This document shows, piece after piece, positions 1 to 13,498 of a DNA stretch of 64,000 nucleotides (position 1 is the stretch's first letter; each line of letters opens with the position of its first letter). Origin of the DNA: the human T2T-CHM13v2.0 reference genome, Homo sapiens. Below the pieces are notes generated by a model, which was given only the letters and a program-made list of their open reading frames with translations, was not told the DNA's origin and did no database searches. The position numbers and the translations under genes are program-made. The stretch lies in the NCBI RefSeq assembly GCF_009914755.1, contig NC_060925.1; one strand, written 5' to 3'.

Positions 1-468
1 CAGCCCTCTCTACAGAGATAGAAGGGGCTCCAAGTGGAAAAGACCAGCTGGTGGTGGATGCCCCGGATTTTATAGTCCAGGGTGAGGAGATGGTGTCTGA
101 TTTACATAGGGCTCACAGATTGTTTGGATCAGGCATGATGTTTACACAGTGCTGGAGAAAGGCTGGTGGCCCCACCCTAACCTTATTATACAAATGAACT
201 CTCCCTGTCCTGCTTCTGATAGTACACGTGGCTGACAAAGAGAAGGGAAGATGGAGCCGCCATCTTGAACATGTCTAGTCCCTAGTTCCTGCCAGCATTC
301 CCCCGTGCAAGCTCCCAGCTTGCTTGTCTATGTCTGCAGCTCGACTTTACAGGCTGATCTTTGTTAGAAAATGATTTGGGGCTGCTTTTCATTAAAGAGA
401 AAAGCCTTACTGAGGATTCCCATGCCCTTACCATCTGCCTAAGTGATTTCTTCTTAACTCCTGTGTCA
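1..468 (-). mobile_element. ERV1-class LTR (MER50-like), truncated by window edge
   Basis: Reverse complement begins TGACACAGGAGTTAAGAAGAAATCACTTAGGCAGAT, a TG-start LTR resembling MER50 from recall; subfamily uncertain. Confidence 0.65.
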
Positions 469-1164
469 GTGGTAGCCGGATTCCCTGGGAAGGAGGGACG
501 CTGTTGCTCTAGCATCATTCTGCTTTTTGGAAACAGGGTTGTATTTGCTGATGCTCTGAAATTCTGGAAATGACTTTCTGAGCCTTGTGGCTGTAAGTAA
601 AATAAAGAAGGTGGCAATAGAGGTAATATATTCTCCCATCCCCATCTCTCTTGTCATGTTGGGTTAACAACCATAGAATACACATGTGATAATTACATGG
701 CTTACTCATAAATCATAAGAATAAGTCATATACCCAAGGCCCTGAGCTGTAATGGAATTTTAGTGCATTTCAAATTTATAGCCAGTTTCTGATTATCCAG
801 TTGAGTTGCCTGTGCCTCTCAGTTCTGTTCTGGCCTACCTTTTGACAGGTTTATTTCTTGTGACTATCTCCCCTGGTGAGTAATAGTCATGGATGTGGGA
901 GGCAAAATTCAAAACGTGTCCATTTTGCAATTTTAAGGAGGCATGATTCCTGGGGAGATTAAAACAAATTGAAAATCAAGGTGTTTTTTTTTTAATTATA
1001 ATTTTTCAGTTCTCAGAATGTTTGTCCCTGATTGTCATGGGTAATTTAATAATTTCTATTTTAATACACCTTTAAATATGTCATTTTTTAAATATTCTAA
1101 TTCATGCCTTCTGTTTCTCTTTTCCTTAATTTTAGTGGTTAAGAGTTTCACTAAAATAAATGTT

Positions 1165-1476
1165 ATTTTTTATTTTTTATTATTTTTATTTAAATTTTTT
1201 TGAGACAGTGTCTCGCTCTGTCACCCAGGCTGGAGTGCAGTGACACGATTTCACTGCAACCTTTGCCCCTGGGTTCAAGTGATTCTCCTGCCTCAGACTC
1301 TCGAGTAGTTGAGAATACAGGCACCCGCCACCACACCCGGCTAATTTTTGTATTTTTAGTAGAGACGGGGTTTTGCCATGTTGGCCAGGCTGGTCTCAAA
1401 CTCCTGACCTTAAGTGATCCGCCCGCCTTGGCCTCCCAAAGTGCTGAGATTATAGGCATGAGCCACTGCGCCCCAA
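1165..1476 (-). mobile_element. Alu (AluS-like) in AK4 intron
   Basis: T-rich tail then GAGACAG...CCCAGGCTGGAGTGCAG...GCCTCCCAAAGTGCTG; ATAAATGTTA flanks both sides. Confidence 0.95.
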
Positions 1477-1701
1477 CCAACTGATAAATGTTATCACGTA
1501 TGATGAGAGTGGGGGGGTTCTTGCCTTTTTCCCCAAACTTATAGTAAGTGTATTCAATATTTAACCTTATGTATGATATCAGCTATAACTTTATTATAAT
1601 GTCCTTCATGAGATTTTGGGGGGGAATAGAAAGCTAGCAAAATAATTAGACAAACATACTGCAGAAAATCATATACATTTTCAAATCAAATACATAAAAC
1701 C

Positions 1702-2013
<312 letters not shown>

Positions 2014-2740
2014 TTAATCAGAACTAGCAGTTAAGGTATATTTTTTGTTTTACATTGAGAAAGAAGCAACACATAGGAAAAGCTAAAATAAAGGATTTAA
2101 CAAATCCAACACCAGCTTACCTTTTGAGTAATATAATTTAGGTGAGGACACAGTCACTTCAGTTTTTTTTCCCTTCTGTATGTTCCTACAGTGTATGTCA
2201 TTATTTGATCTAGTAAAATAACCTGAATAAGAGAAATTTCATAGAAGCTCCAGAATAGAATTGGAAAGCTGGCAGAGATGGTACTGAACCGTATTCTCCT
2301 AGATTAGTATTTTTCCTAAGTAAGCCAAGTTGTTTTTTTGAGATTTTGTTTTCCGCATTAAGAACTCAGGCTTTATTTTAGAAGACAAGGTAGTTTTAGG
2401 GATATTTAGAGAACCAAGATGACAAGGTTTGTTGTTAGGAGAGGTTGCATGCAATTTTAGGCTGAATTGAAAGTACCATTTATCAACAGCACTGGAACAT
2501 GTTTGAAAAGATCTGAACTGTTAATAAAGATTTAATGTCAGCTCCCAGGAAATAAGGTTAACATACTGTTAAGTGTGCTATTTCTTTTTCTACTACTCTT
2601 AAAATTACCACTGTCACCAAGGCCTAATTCATCATGTGGTAGGAGTTAAAGATGAATACATGGTTTTGCACAGAAAAGTTTTTAACCTATGAAATGGCCC
2701 AACTGTTGTCTATATTAATTGGTTTATTTGGTATTTGTAG

Positions 2741-2860
<120 letters not shown>

Positions 2861-4051
2861 TGAGTGTGCTTCAATATTTTCATGACAAAGGACAGACTGG
2901 AAAGGTGTGGAGCCTGCTGGGAGGAACACGGGGCTGAGGCAGAGTAGTGTTTCTTTAAGACAGATAAACACTAGCGATCCAAAACCTTCCCAGAAGTCAG
3001 ATGAAATGCTGGAGCTGTACATGAAAGATAAGGTTCAATACTTTTATCCTGAAACTGTTAGAACATAAGGACCCAAACCTGATCATCTCTGTCTGCTTTG
3101 GATGTAAAACAACATTGAGATTTATTTTCATTTTCTTAAAAATTTAAGTGACTGAGATAGTGGTCCCACATATGTTGATACTCCCACATATAAATATATG
3201 GTTTGGATAGAAGATTAGAAGACACTTGGTGTGTCCCTTCTTGAAGTGTCTGTAAGGAGTTTAACAAAAAAAGGCTAAAACCGTAAACCAGAGATTAAAA
3301 ATTCAAATGGCTGCAGGGGCTAGGGCAGGTATTGGAAATGAGTCTCAAACATGGTGGGGGATGTGTCAAGCTAGACAGTTGAGTGACAGGTCTTGGGCTG
3401 TTCCGGCCAGTTATCATTCTAGGGCACGCAGGCCAATGATTCCCATTTTTCAGGAATAGCAGAAATCTGGTTTTCTGTGTGTATGTGTGTGAGGGGGAAT
3501 CTCAGTTTTCATATTGGCAACATATTTAAATTTTTTAAATAACATGCAAGTCAAACAAAACTTTATGCTGAGTGCATTCAAAACAGCAGTTTATACTCTG
3601 TTACAATCACTTTCTGGCCTTGTAGTCCCCCCCAAAATTTAGCAAACCTTAAGATCAGAGTTTTATGATCATATTATTATGATACATCAATTATGTATTC
3701 CATGATTGACTAAGTAATATAGGTTTTAGTAAAGCTTTTCAGTGGTTCGCTTTTGAAAATTATATATTGGGGCACATTTGGAATGGCCCCTATAATGCTA
3801 TTCTTTGATATGTTTTAAAGGGGGAGAAAAAAGGTGGCATCATGACAAGCATACCAGAATTGCAAAAGCTATGACCTTATTTATGTACACCCAGTGGAGG
3901 TGTTGATACCTTTGAAAGGGGCTGTTTTAGCACTTAGTGTGGTATATGATATAGACCATGAGATCATGCTTGTTTTATATCTAGGATCTTCTGCACTAAT
4001 ACGTGGAAAAGAAACCTAAAAAGCCATTGTATGTTGGGCTTTGTTTTTCAG

Positions 4052-4166
4052 GAGCCGAGGAGTGCTCCACCAATTTTCCGGAACGGAGACGAACAAAATC
4101 TGGCCCTACGTTTACACACTTTTCTCAAACAAGATCACACCTATTCAGTCCAAAGAAGCATATTGA
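4052..4166 (+). CDS. AK4: Adenylate kinase 4, last coding exon
   Basis: Acceptor ttgtttttcag|G completes the AAG codon; SRGVLHQFSGTETNKIWPYVYTLFSNKITPIQSKEAY then TGA at 4164-4166, matching the AK4 C-terminus. Confidence 0.97.
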
Positions 4167-5186
4167 CCCTGCCCAATGGAAGAACCAGGAAGATGTGGTC
4201 ATTCATTCAATAGTGTGTGTAGTATTGGTGCTGTGTCCAAATTAGAAGCTAGCTGAGGTAGCTTGCAGCATCTTTTCTAGTTGAAATGGTGAACTGATAG
4301 GAAAACAAATGAGTAGAAAGAGTTCATGAAGAGGCCCTCCTCTGCCTTTCAAAAGGCTGGTCACCTACACATGTTTAAGGTGTCTCTGCACATGTCTCAA
4401 GCCCATCACAAGAAAGCAAGTACAGTGTGGATTTCAAATGGTGTGTAACTTCAGCTCCAGCTGGTTTTTGACAGCTGTTGCTGTGGTAATATTTTTGACA
4501 TGTGATGGTGATAGTCTCTGGTTCTCCCCATCCCCACAAAGGCTGTTGAACCACAGCACCAGGAAGCCTGAGAATGAATCCTGAGGGCTCTAGCCCAGGC
4601 TTTGTCCCAGGCTTTCTGGTGTGTGCCCTCCTGGTAACAGTGAAATTGAAGCTACTTACTCATAGTGGTTGTTTCTCTGGTCTTGAGTGACTGTGTCCAC
4701 AGTTCATTTTTTTCCGGTAGGAATAACTCCTTTTCTACATCCACGCTCCATAGAGTCTCTCCTTTTCAGACATCCTGGGATGAAAGAATTTGGCTTTTTT
4801 TTTTCTTTTTTTTTTTGGACATCTGTTTTCACTCTTAGGCTTTTAAACAATAGTTATTGCTTTTATCCCTCTCAGATTCTAATAACTGAGAGCGATGGGG
4901 CTATATTGAATCTCTGTATGCACTGAGAACTGAGCTATGAAGAGGATCTTATTAAACTGCTGGTCTGACTTTATGGATTGACACTGTTCCTTTCTTTTAT
5001 TGTGAAAAAAAAAAAAAACCCTGAAAGTCTTGGGAACCCCCTAAAGTCTTTTGGGAATCCTCAAAAAGCATGGGAAGTTAAGTATTTAGCTACATAAATG
5101 TTGTAAGATCATATCTTATGTATAGAAGTAATAAGACCATTTGGAATTACTGGACTAATTGAATAGTTAAGGTTTCTATTCGGGAC

Positions 5187-5192
5187 AATAAA
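5187..5192 (+). terminator. AK4: Candidate proximal poly(A) signal
   Basis: AATAAA with GT-containing sequence downstream. Confidence 0.5.
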
Positions 5193-5464
5193 ATGTATTT
5201 TGAAAGTGCTGCTAACTATTGATGCTGACAGTGTTTCACTCCTATGAGTGACCCAAACATATTATAAATATGTGGTAAAGGGAATGGAGCCTGTGGGGTT
5301 GAGCAGAATGTTGTACTAGCTGTGCCTGGACTGAGTATAACAGCTTTATGATTATGAGAAAACAAATTCTTTATTTTTTTTTTCTGTTCCAAAGATTCAT
5401 CCTATGGGGTGGCCATAAAGTCTAGAATTAGATACTAATATTTTGTCATTCATTATAACATATC

Positions 5465-5470
5465 AATAAA
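5465..5470 (+). terminator. AK4: Candidate proximal poly(A) signal
   Basis: AATAAA in AT-rich context. Confidence 0.5.
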
Positions 5471-6914
5471 CCATTTGTTAAAAGATTTGCCTGGTTTCCA
5501 GACTTGGTGGCCACCTTGAATAATTCTTGCTGTCTTCTGGGAAGGATGATGAAATTTATTCCTGCTGCCTTAAAAATATGTATCCCTTCTTCACCCATCA
5601 TGACTGTCCCCAGTGAGTGTCCTTTACTATTCTTGGGAGTGACTCCTGTCTAACTTTTCATACTGGCGAGAAGAAAAGAAGCCTATTTTAACACTTTAGT
5701 GGTGTTGAAACACATTACTTACTTTCTGAAGATGTCCCAGTGAATCCTCTGTCAATTCACTGCCATATGTAATCTATATGATAAGGAATGCATCTTCCTT
5801 CTAAGTACTGCCCAAACTCTTGCCAGCTCCTCTCCCATTGTCCCTTCATGTGAATATTTCTTGGCTACCTTAGTGGAAATATAGATCAGTTTTCTCCCCA
5901 TCCATCCTCTCAAACATAATGAGATTGTTTACTTTTTAGATTTATGCAGTGAAAATGCCCAGTCAGGTCTGAATCGTCAGTGCATTATATTGACTCTGAG
6001 CACTTTAGAATTTAGAGTTGCAATTGAATGCCAGCTGTGGAGATGGGGTGCATATCAGATATATAAATAAAGCTCAGGTTTGCTAGGGAACCAGGTATAG
6101 AGAAAAATAAGTCTGATATGAGGAAAATTGCACAATTTAGAGTAGTTATGCCGTAGAGAAAATTTCCACAAACTAGGAAATGTAGAGAGTTATTCTATAG
6201 AATACTCAAAAGAGGAAAGTATGTGATTTTTGGAAACAGGAAAATCTTCAAACTTCTTTCTTCACTTCCCTTTGTGTTTAGCTGACCCTCCAATGTGATC
6301 ATTGCCTTTGGAGTTTGGGAGAGGTACGGGAAGTGGCCTGATCCCTGCTTCCATACTTCACTCCTCCATCCATCCTTCCCTCCCTCTTCCCCTCCAGCTA
6401 AATGGACAATTCTAGCCAACATTGAGTCACTCAATAAGTCTCAACAGTGGGTGTGTTTGCTGAGATTGTCCAGCGGTTGAGCAGTTTGGTCTCACCTCCC
6501 TCGCTAGTTGAGACCAAAAAGAGACAAATAACTTTTTCATGGTCTTTGAAACATAATGCTTATTTCGTGGTCAATGGCTTTAAAAAAATCTGTTTCTTGT
6601 TTTCTTCAACAAACTCACTAGTTTTCCCTTAAATGATATTGTAAAAATTAAAGTAATCTTGAAAATGTTTTGACAAAAGTAAAATTAAAGGGACATCTTT
6701 TCTTGTTTTGTTTTTTTTTTTTCTATTGCCACACATGACCGTTCCTTCACCTTTAAGCAAAGAGAGTGGTTCAGATGGTTTCTAAGATGCCAACCTGACC
6801 TCGCATTCTGTCATTCTACCCAGCTCTTAATTCAATTTGCTTCCATTATCCTAACAGGCTTCTTTCTTACTTAGAACTTGGAAAGGCTGCTGTATTTAAT
6901 ACCCTCCAACACTA

Positions 6915-7150
6915 ACGCAGACTTAAGATAGGTACTGTTTATTGAAAACCTACTGAGTGAAATGTGCGGTTTTAGGACCTTCATAAACATCTCATTTAAT
7001 CTTTCTAGCATCCTGTGAAACAGCCATGATTTCACGTTGATAAACAAAGAAGACAGGGGTCCCAGGGATGTGAAGCATCTTGCCCAGGCTTCTGCTGCTG
7101 GTGACCAGTGTAGCCAGGACTCCAGCCCAGGTTTTCCTGACTCAGAAGAC
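6915..7150. mobile_element. MIR remnant in AK4 3'UTR
   Basis: tttattga...ctcatttaatct...cttgcccagg...gccaggactc...ctgactcaga, MIR core-like. Confidence 0.55.
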
Positions 7151-7249
7151 TGAGCTTTTTCCTGGATGTTATTAATAGCTAATTGTGTCCAAGCAACCAA
7201 GGGCCTTGAGTCTGCTTGGTTCTGCTTATGGCCTCACATCAAGAAATGG

Positions 7250-7536
7250 AGCTAGTCCATGTCTGTAGTCCCAATGCTTTGGGAAGCCATGATGGGAAGG
7301 TTGTCGGAGGCCAAAAGTTCAAGACCAGGCTGGGCAATATCACAAGACTCCATCTCTACGGAAAAGTAAAAAATTAGCCAGTCATGGTGGTGTACACTTA
7401 TGGTCCTAGTTACTCAGGAGACTTAGGCAGGAGGATTGCTTGATCCTAGGAATTCGAGGCTGCAGTGAGCTATGATTGCACCTCTGCACCCAAGCCTGGG
7501 CGACACAGCGAGACCCTCTCTCTTAAAAAAAAAAAA
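7250..7536 (+). mobile_element. Old Alu (AluJ-like) in AK4 3'UTR
   Basis: Diverged dimer, GGCTGCAGTGAGCTATGATTGCAC, poly-A tail. Confidence 0.9.
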
Positions 7537-9324
7537 TAGCAGAGCTCACCAAAGTGATGTTCACCTTTTTATGACATTCCTTTTTCTTAGCTTAAGAAAA
7601 GAAAGCTGCTAGATGAGAGTCTTAGTTTTCCTGCATAAGACCTCCTTTATGAATAGAATAAAAGACTGTCAAAGTAGGCTGGGCTTGGGCCCAGGCTAAT
7701 CTATGAAGGAAGCAAGCTCGTGTTCCTTACCTATCCTTTTGGTGTCCATTGGATTGTGCCCCGAAGTGGCCTTTACCCTTGAGCCGTCCCCAGCCATGGT
7801 GCTCACACATAGGCTTTTGAGCTCCTTGGAGCTATCCAGATCCTGCTCACTTTTCCTTCCTGAGATCAGAACAAATCACCCCCTTACTCCCACTCCAAAC
7901 AAGGCCTTGATGATAAACTAATCCTTCCTAAAATGCTGGTAGGTAAACAAGCAATGATGAAGCATTGAACACAGGTTAACTCCTGACTTTTGTACCATTG
8001 TCTATTCCATTACACATTAACATGACTCTGAATGCCAGATCCAAACCTTTGCCCACCATCTGCTTGTCGTGCAACAGTTGAGGCAGTAACCAGGGGAGAT
8101 TCACTTCCTGTCTTGTCCTTCCCCAGGGATCACCCCCCTGCTGCCCTCTAGCAGCCAAACTCAGATGAGTTCCATTGTTACCCTAGGTGTGCCCATCTCT
8201 TTGGTAGGGAAGGAGAAAGGTAAGAATAGCCATCAGTGAGGAAGGATTCTTGGAGCGAGGAGCCACTGTGGTTTTTCCTGCTATTTAAGATGTTGAGACC
8301 GGATAACTTTAGAAAGATACCTGCACAAACCCATAAATAGTGCTTTTATAAAGTTTAGTTCACCGGAACCTGAGTTCAGTATTTGACATTAGCTTTTTGT
8401 CCAAAGAGTTGAAGCCTGCTGGAGGTCTTTGCTCAAATAATAAATACCACATATTTCCAAGTGTGTTCAGGTATAGGCACTAGGTACTGTCTGTTTACTT
8501 CATGTTAGGCACATTACATGCATTGGCTAATCAAATCCTCATCAATTACATATGTAATAATCTAAACTTGCCTCCTTGTATTATAAATGGAAATAATCCT
8601 GTTTATTTAAACGGGTTTTCATGTACCTGTAGGGATTAGGAAACTCAAATGGCCTTTTTAATACCTTTCCCTAGTTTGAGCTCCCTGTTCTCTTTAACAG
8701 ATAAAACAACATATTTGCTTCAGCCTGGAATCTGTTTTTGGTGCTTTGGTGCAGAGACAGGAAATGGGCACTCAGAGTCACACTGGTAGTTGCACACTGT
8801 ATCTACAGAGGGCGTGTCTCATCTGTACTCTGCTGGGTTACAGGATTTCAGTAGGTATTTGTGTCCACCTGAGAATTCTGTTTATTACCTTTCATTTGAC
8901 AGTGTCTTTCCTTTCTGCAGTTGATTTTGCTAGAGAGGCAATTCATAAGGTGAGGTCCTGTTCATAGTATGACTTGCTTTCTCAATATCTCCTTCAATTT
9001 TTAGTAACTCTTGGTCTATTTGGTGTCTTTAAAAAAAATAACCTAGTAATAAAGACTTCTTTTAATGTGGAAATGTGGTCTGGTAGTAAGTTATTTCTTT
9101 CCACATGTAACTGACCCAATCTGGTTTCCAAATGAGAAGTGTGCAGGCCCCAGAGGTTGAGAAGCCATATTTCAACTGTGAAAAAAATCTGCTTCCTGCA
9201 TCTGTTGAAATATAGTTGTTCATACTTGCCATCCCTTATCTTTCTTGTAACAATTTGCACAGTTCTTGCCAGAATAAATGCCATTATCTGTATGTTTCAG
9301 GGAGTTCCCCAATTTGATCATTTT

Positions 9325-9358
9325 TGTGTGTGTGTGGTGTGTGTGTGAGAGAGAGAGA
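9325..9358. repeat. (TG)n(GA)n microsatellite
   Basis: Read directly. Confidence 0.85.
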
Positions 9359-10102
9359 TACTGCAGTAAAACATTTCTAAAGGATGAAAGCTCTTGTATG
9401 GCATAGATATGAATTCCTTCCTCTGGTAATAATTAGGTTATTCCCAGAAGCACAGTGTCATTCTTTAAATAAAAGCTTTCCTGTTTAAAGCTTTTCAAAG
9501 GAGCAGACCACCTTGAAGATTCCCCCTAGGGTTGATATGTGTCTAATTCATTTTATAAAAATTATTCTTGTCTTCATTTTAAAGCTTTGGCTATATAGTC
9601 AGAAATGTCCTAAATAACAAACTATTTTGTATTTAATTTAGGGAAGACTAAAGGGAAGAAAAATGAAAACTCAGTCTTTATGTAAGCTCCAAGGATATTA
9701 GGGCTTAAAGGGCTTTTCTAGTTTTATGAGAATTTGTACTACTGATTTTTATATATTCCTGTTTTTGAGATGAACAGATCTCTGGGGAAATTGTTGAGTT
9801 ACAATGGCATTTCACTGTGATCCCTCTCAAGCTCAGATCAGTTCTATAACCCAATGACAACCTGTCTCTTTGGTTTACTGTCCTGTGAAATGTCAGCTCA
9901 AGTTTCCCAGAAGTCGTGTGTTTATGATGAGTCAGAGTGCTTTTCCTCGGTGGGACAGTTGCTGGCCCTCTTAATTTTGGTGTATGTGCTTCCAAGTATC
10001 TAAACCTCCAGTCTGATCTGTATATGCTATCCTAACTGTTAATTGTATTATTGATTATGTTGATTATCTTGCTTGAAGGTTCATACTTTTCAATTTGATA
10101 GA

Positions 10103-10108
10103 AATAAA
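10103..10108 (+). terminator. AK4: Distal AK4 poly(A) signal
   Basis: AATAAA, TGTA elements upstream, T/GT-rich element at ~10138-10160. Confidence 0.75.
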
Positions 10109-10845
10109 GTTTTTTTCTGCTTATAGCTAGCGAATTCATTTGTTTGTATAGCTTTTTATACTTGATAATATAAAGTTTCACAAATACTTTCATTGATGCG
10201 TCTCTGCAACCACTACATTACCAACAATGTTGTCTCCAATTTGCAGAAAAGCAAGATCTTGAACCAAGAATTATTATCCCCAGTCCTGTTTTCTTTTCTG
10301 CTACACCATATTGCCTTATTCGTATACCCTTAAATTCCTTATTTGTCCAGCACTTTATTGTTTACAATTTTAATGTACATTCTTTGTTTTTTTCCCCCTA
10401 ACCACTAGACAACCAGGGATTTTTCTTTTTCTTGAAATAGATAATGTGAGCAGATTCTCTCCCTGTTTTACACATTAGGAAACTGGATCAGATTATATGA
10501 CTCTTAAGGTTGTAGCATCTGGGATTACTCAGCAGAAGCAGAAACTATAGCAGGCCTATCACATGGGAGCTAGAACCACAAAGAAAATAGAGCTGCTGTA
10601 GGAGAAGCTCCCTGAGATAGTGAGGGATGGGGAAAAATACTCTGGCATTTCCCAGCCTCACACTCTCCTGTCTCTGGGGCGGCTTCCCTTAGCTGAACCC
10701 AGCCAGAAGCCAGCTGACATAGGAGCCTGAGAAACATGTTCTAAAGGCTTGTCCATGCCGCTGAAAAGGCAGAGGAAAGGGGAACTGAAGAGGATGGAAT
10801 GTAGTAGATTGTATTAAATTTAATGACATCCGTCCAGTCCCCTCC

Positions 10846-11210
<365 letters not shown>

Positions 11211-11234
11211 TCATGCTTGGACATATGGTTTGCT

Positions 11235-11508
11235 TTGACCAGTGAAATGTGGGCAGAAATGACGTGTGCCACTTCTGAGCAGAAGTTTTAGGAGCTAGGG
11301 CATGGTCACCATTCTTTTCCTTTGCAGTGAGACTGGCGACCTCACAGAGCTCTTTCAACCTGGATCCTAAAGTGAAGACGTGGACCAGAGATGTAGCCAA
11401 TCCATCATAGATGAGTAGTGTGCATTAAAAATAAACCTTTGCTTTATAAGCCACTGAGATTTGGATAGAGTTTATTTTCACAGCATAACTTAGCCCAAGC
11501 TGACTGAT
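11235..11508 (+). mobile_element. MaLR LTR remnant (MLT1-like)
   Basis: AATAAACCTTTG...TAAGCCACTGAGATTTG...CAGCATAACTTAGCC, typical MLT1 3' end. Confidence 0.6.
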
Positions 11509-12505
11509 AAAACCGGGCCTAAGACTAATATATCTTGTTATCCAGTTATAACTTTAATTCTTTTATTATGCATTTTTACTCTCTCGGGATGCAAAGATGA
11601 ATCAGACCCAGTTTTTGCCCGAGACTTCTTCACAATGTACTGGAGGAGATGGCCATATTATTAGATTGCTCTATACATGACTGTTGGAGTTGATCACTGC
11701 GCTATAAAGGAAACAACAGAAGTAGTAACTCTCTTGGCTGGCCAAGTAGAGCCCATGGAAGAGCTAATATTTGAGCTGAGTGTTGCATGCAAAAGGGAAC
11801 CCAAGCAGATGAAATGGTAGGCACAAGAAAGTCTGAGCATGCATGGCAGGTGGAGGCCACAGCAGTGTGAGGCAGGACCGGGGAGATAAAGATAAGATTG
11901 AATTCTACTGGGAAGGGCCTGGCCTTCATTTGGTTGGTAGTAGGCAGTATATTACCAGAAAATGACACCATCAGATTTGCATGATAACGTTGTAGCTGTA
12001 CCAGGGTCTGAACTAAGATGTGGTAGCAGAGTTCAACAAAAAAGGATGGTTGGATAATAGCAGAAGAGAAAAACTTAAATGACTCTAGGGAACAAAAATG
12101 AGTGAAATAGTGGTGAATGTGAGGCAGGGAGTGGCAGGGCTGTGAGGACTGGAGGGCACTGCCCTATCAGAGGGGAGCCATTGCTCAGTTCTGGACAGTT
12201 GTTTCCATCTTAGGGATGGTGGCTCAATGCTGCCACCATCATTCAATTTGTCAAAAGAAGCCAAAAATTTGTGTTGCATGTGAAGTTTTATTTTTAAATA
12301 TTTGCAGTTTTAATTTTAAAAAATTAGGGGAGGGCTTTCCAGCCTTAACAACAACAAAATGGAGAGTTATCGAGAATTCTGTTTTTATAAGAGAGCACTA
12401 CCCATTTAAATCACTTGAGTTTCTCCCCTGCTCCGTAATTCAACTGATGTGATGTTTTCCCATATTAATTTCAGCCAGTGAATATGTGTAAGTATATCCA
12501 GTGAT

Positions 12506-12532
12506 TCTCTCTCTCTCTCTCTCTCTCTCTCT
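12506..12532. repeat. (CT)n microsatellite
   Basis: Read directly. Confidence 0.9.
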
Positions 12533-13313
12533 ACCAGAGGGACCACAATCAAGGCACCTTTTGCCTTGCTCAGGACCACAAGGAGTTGGAGACAGGGAGC
12601 TCTACTATTTGAAAGTGACTAGGAGCTAAGCAGTGCTGAGTCTTTCCTGTGGCCAGTTTTTCTCCTGCCAGGATCCTGGGGTCAGTCCCTTTAAAAAGTC
12701 TAGAAGGCCTCCCATGAAGAAATTATGTCTCATACCCCATTAGTAGTTGACACTTTGCATCCCTGCCAATCTAGTGCCATATAACCTGAGAGAGGGATGC
12801 CATTTCCTGACAAGGAGGACTCAGAAATACAAAAATGAATAGTCCATAACTAGATCAGTCAGGACAGACCAGCCACTCTCTTCAAAGTAGTGGCTCACAT
12901 ACACTGACCCCTCCAGATCCACTGACTATGTCAACCATCCTGGGGGCACTGACCATCTCAGACAGGCTACTCTGGACATATTGAACACCATGACATCCTG
13001 ACTATTCTGGGTACATTGATCATATACACCCACCACAATATGAAAGACTTCTATTAGTCCAACAGGGTCAAGGAGAAGGGAGGCAGACTAAAATTGCTTA
13101 GAGACCTGGGTGAACCATCTTTTATATTTTATCTTTGTTAAAAAAAACTTTGTTATGTTTCCTCAGTATAAAGATAATTTAAAAGAGGTGAATTATTTAG
13201 GATACACATGAAAGTCTTACCTAAAAATTTATAGATATTGTATTTATAAGTTGAGGCTAGATAGTAAGGATTCTTAGAAGATAATGACAGATGCCTAGAT
13301 CTGAATCTTTCTA

Positions 13314-13498
<185 letters not shown>

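Larger units (their letters stand above)
4167..10130 (+). other. AK4: AK4 long 3'UTR (~6 kb)
   Basis: Mostly repeat-poor sequence after the stop codon, ending at AATAAA 10103-10108 with T/GT-rich downstream sequence; consistent with recall of a ~7 kb AK4 mRNA. Confidence 0.8.
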
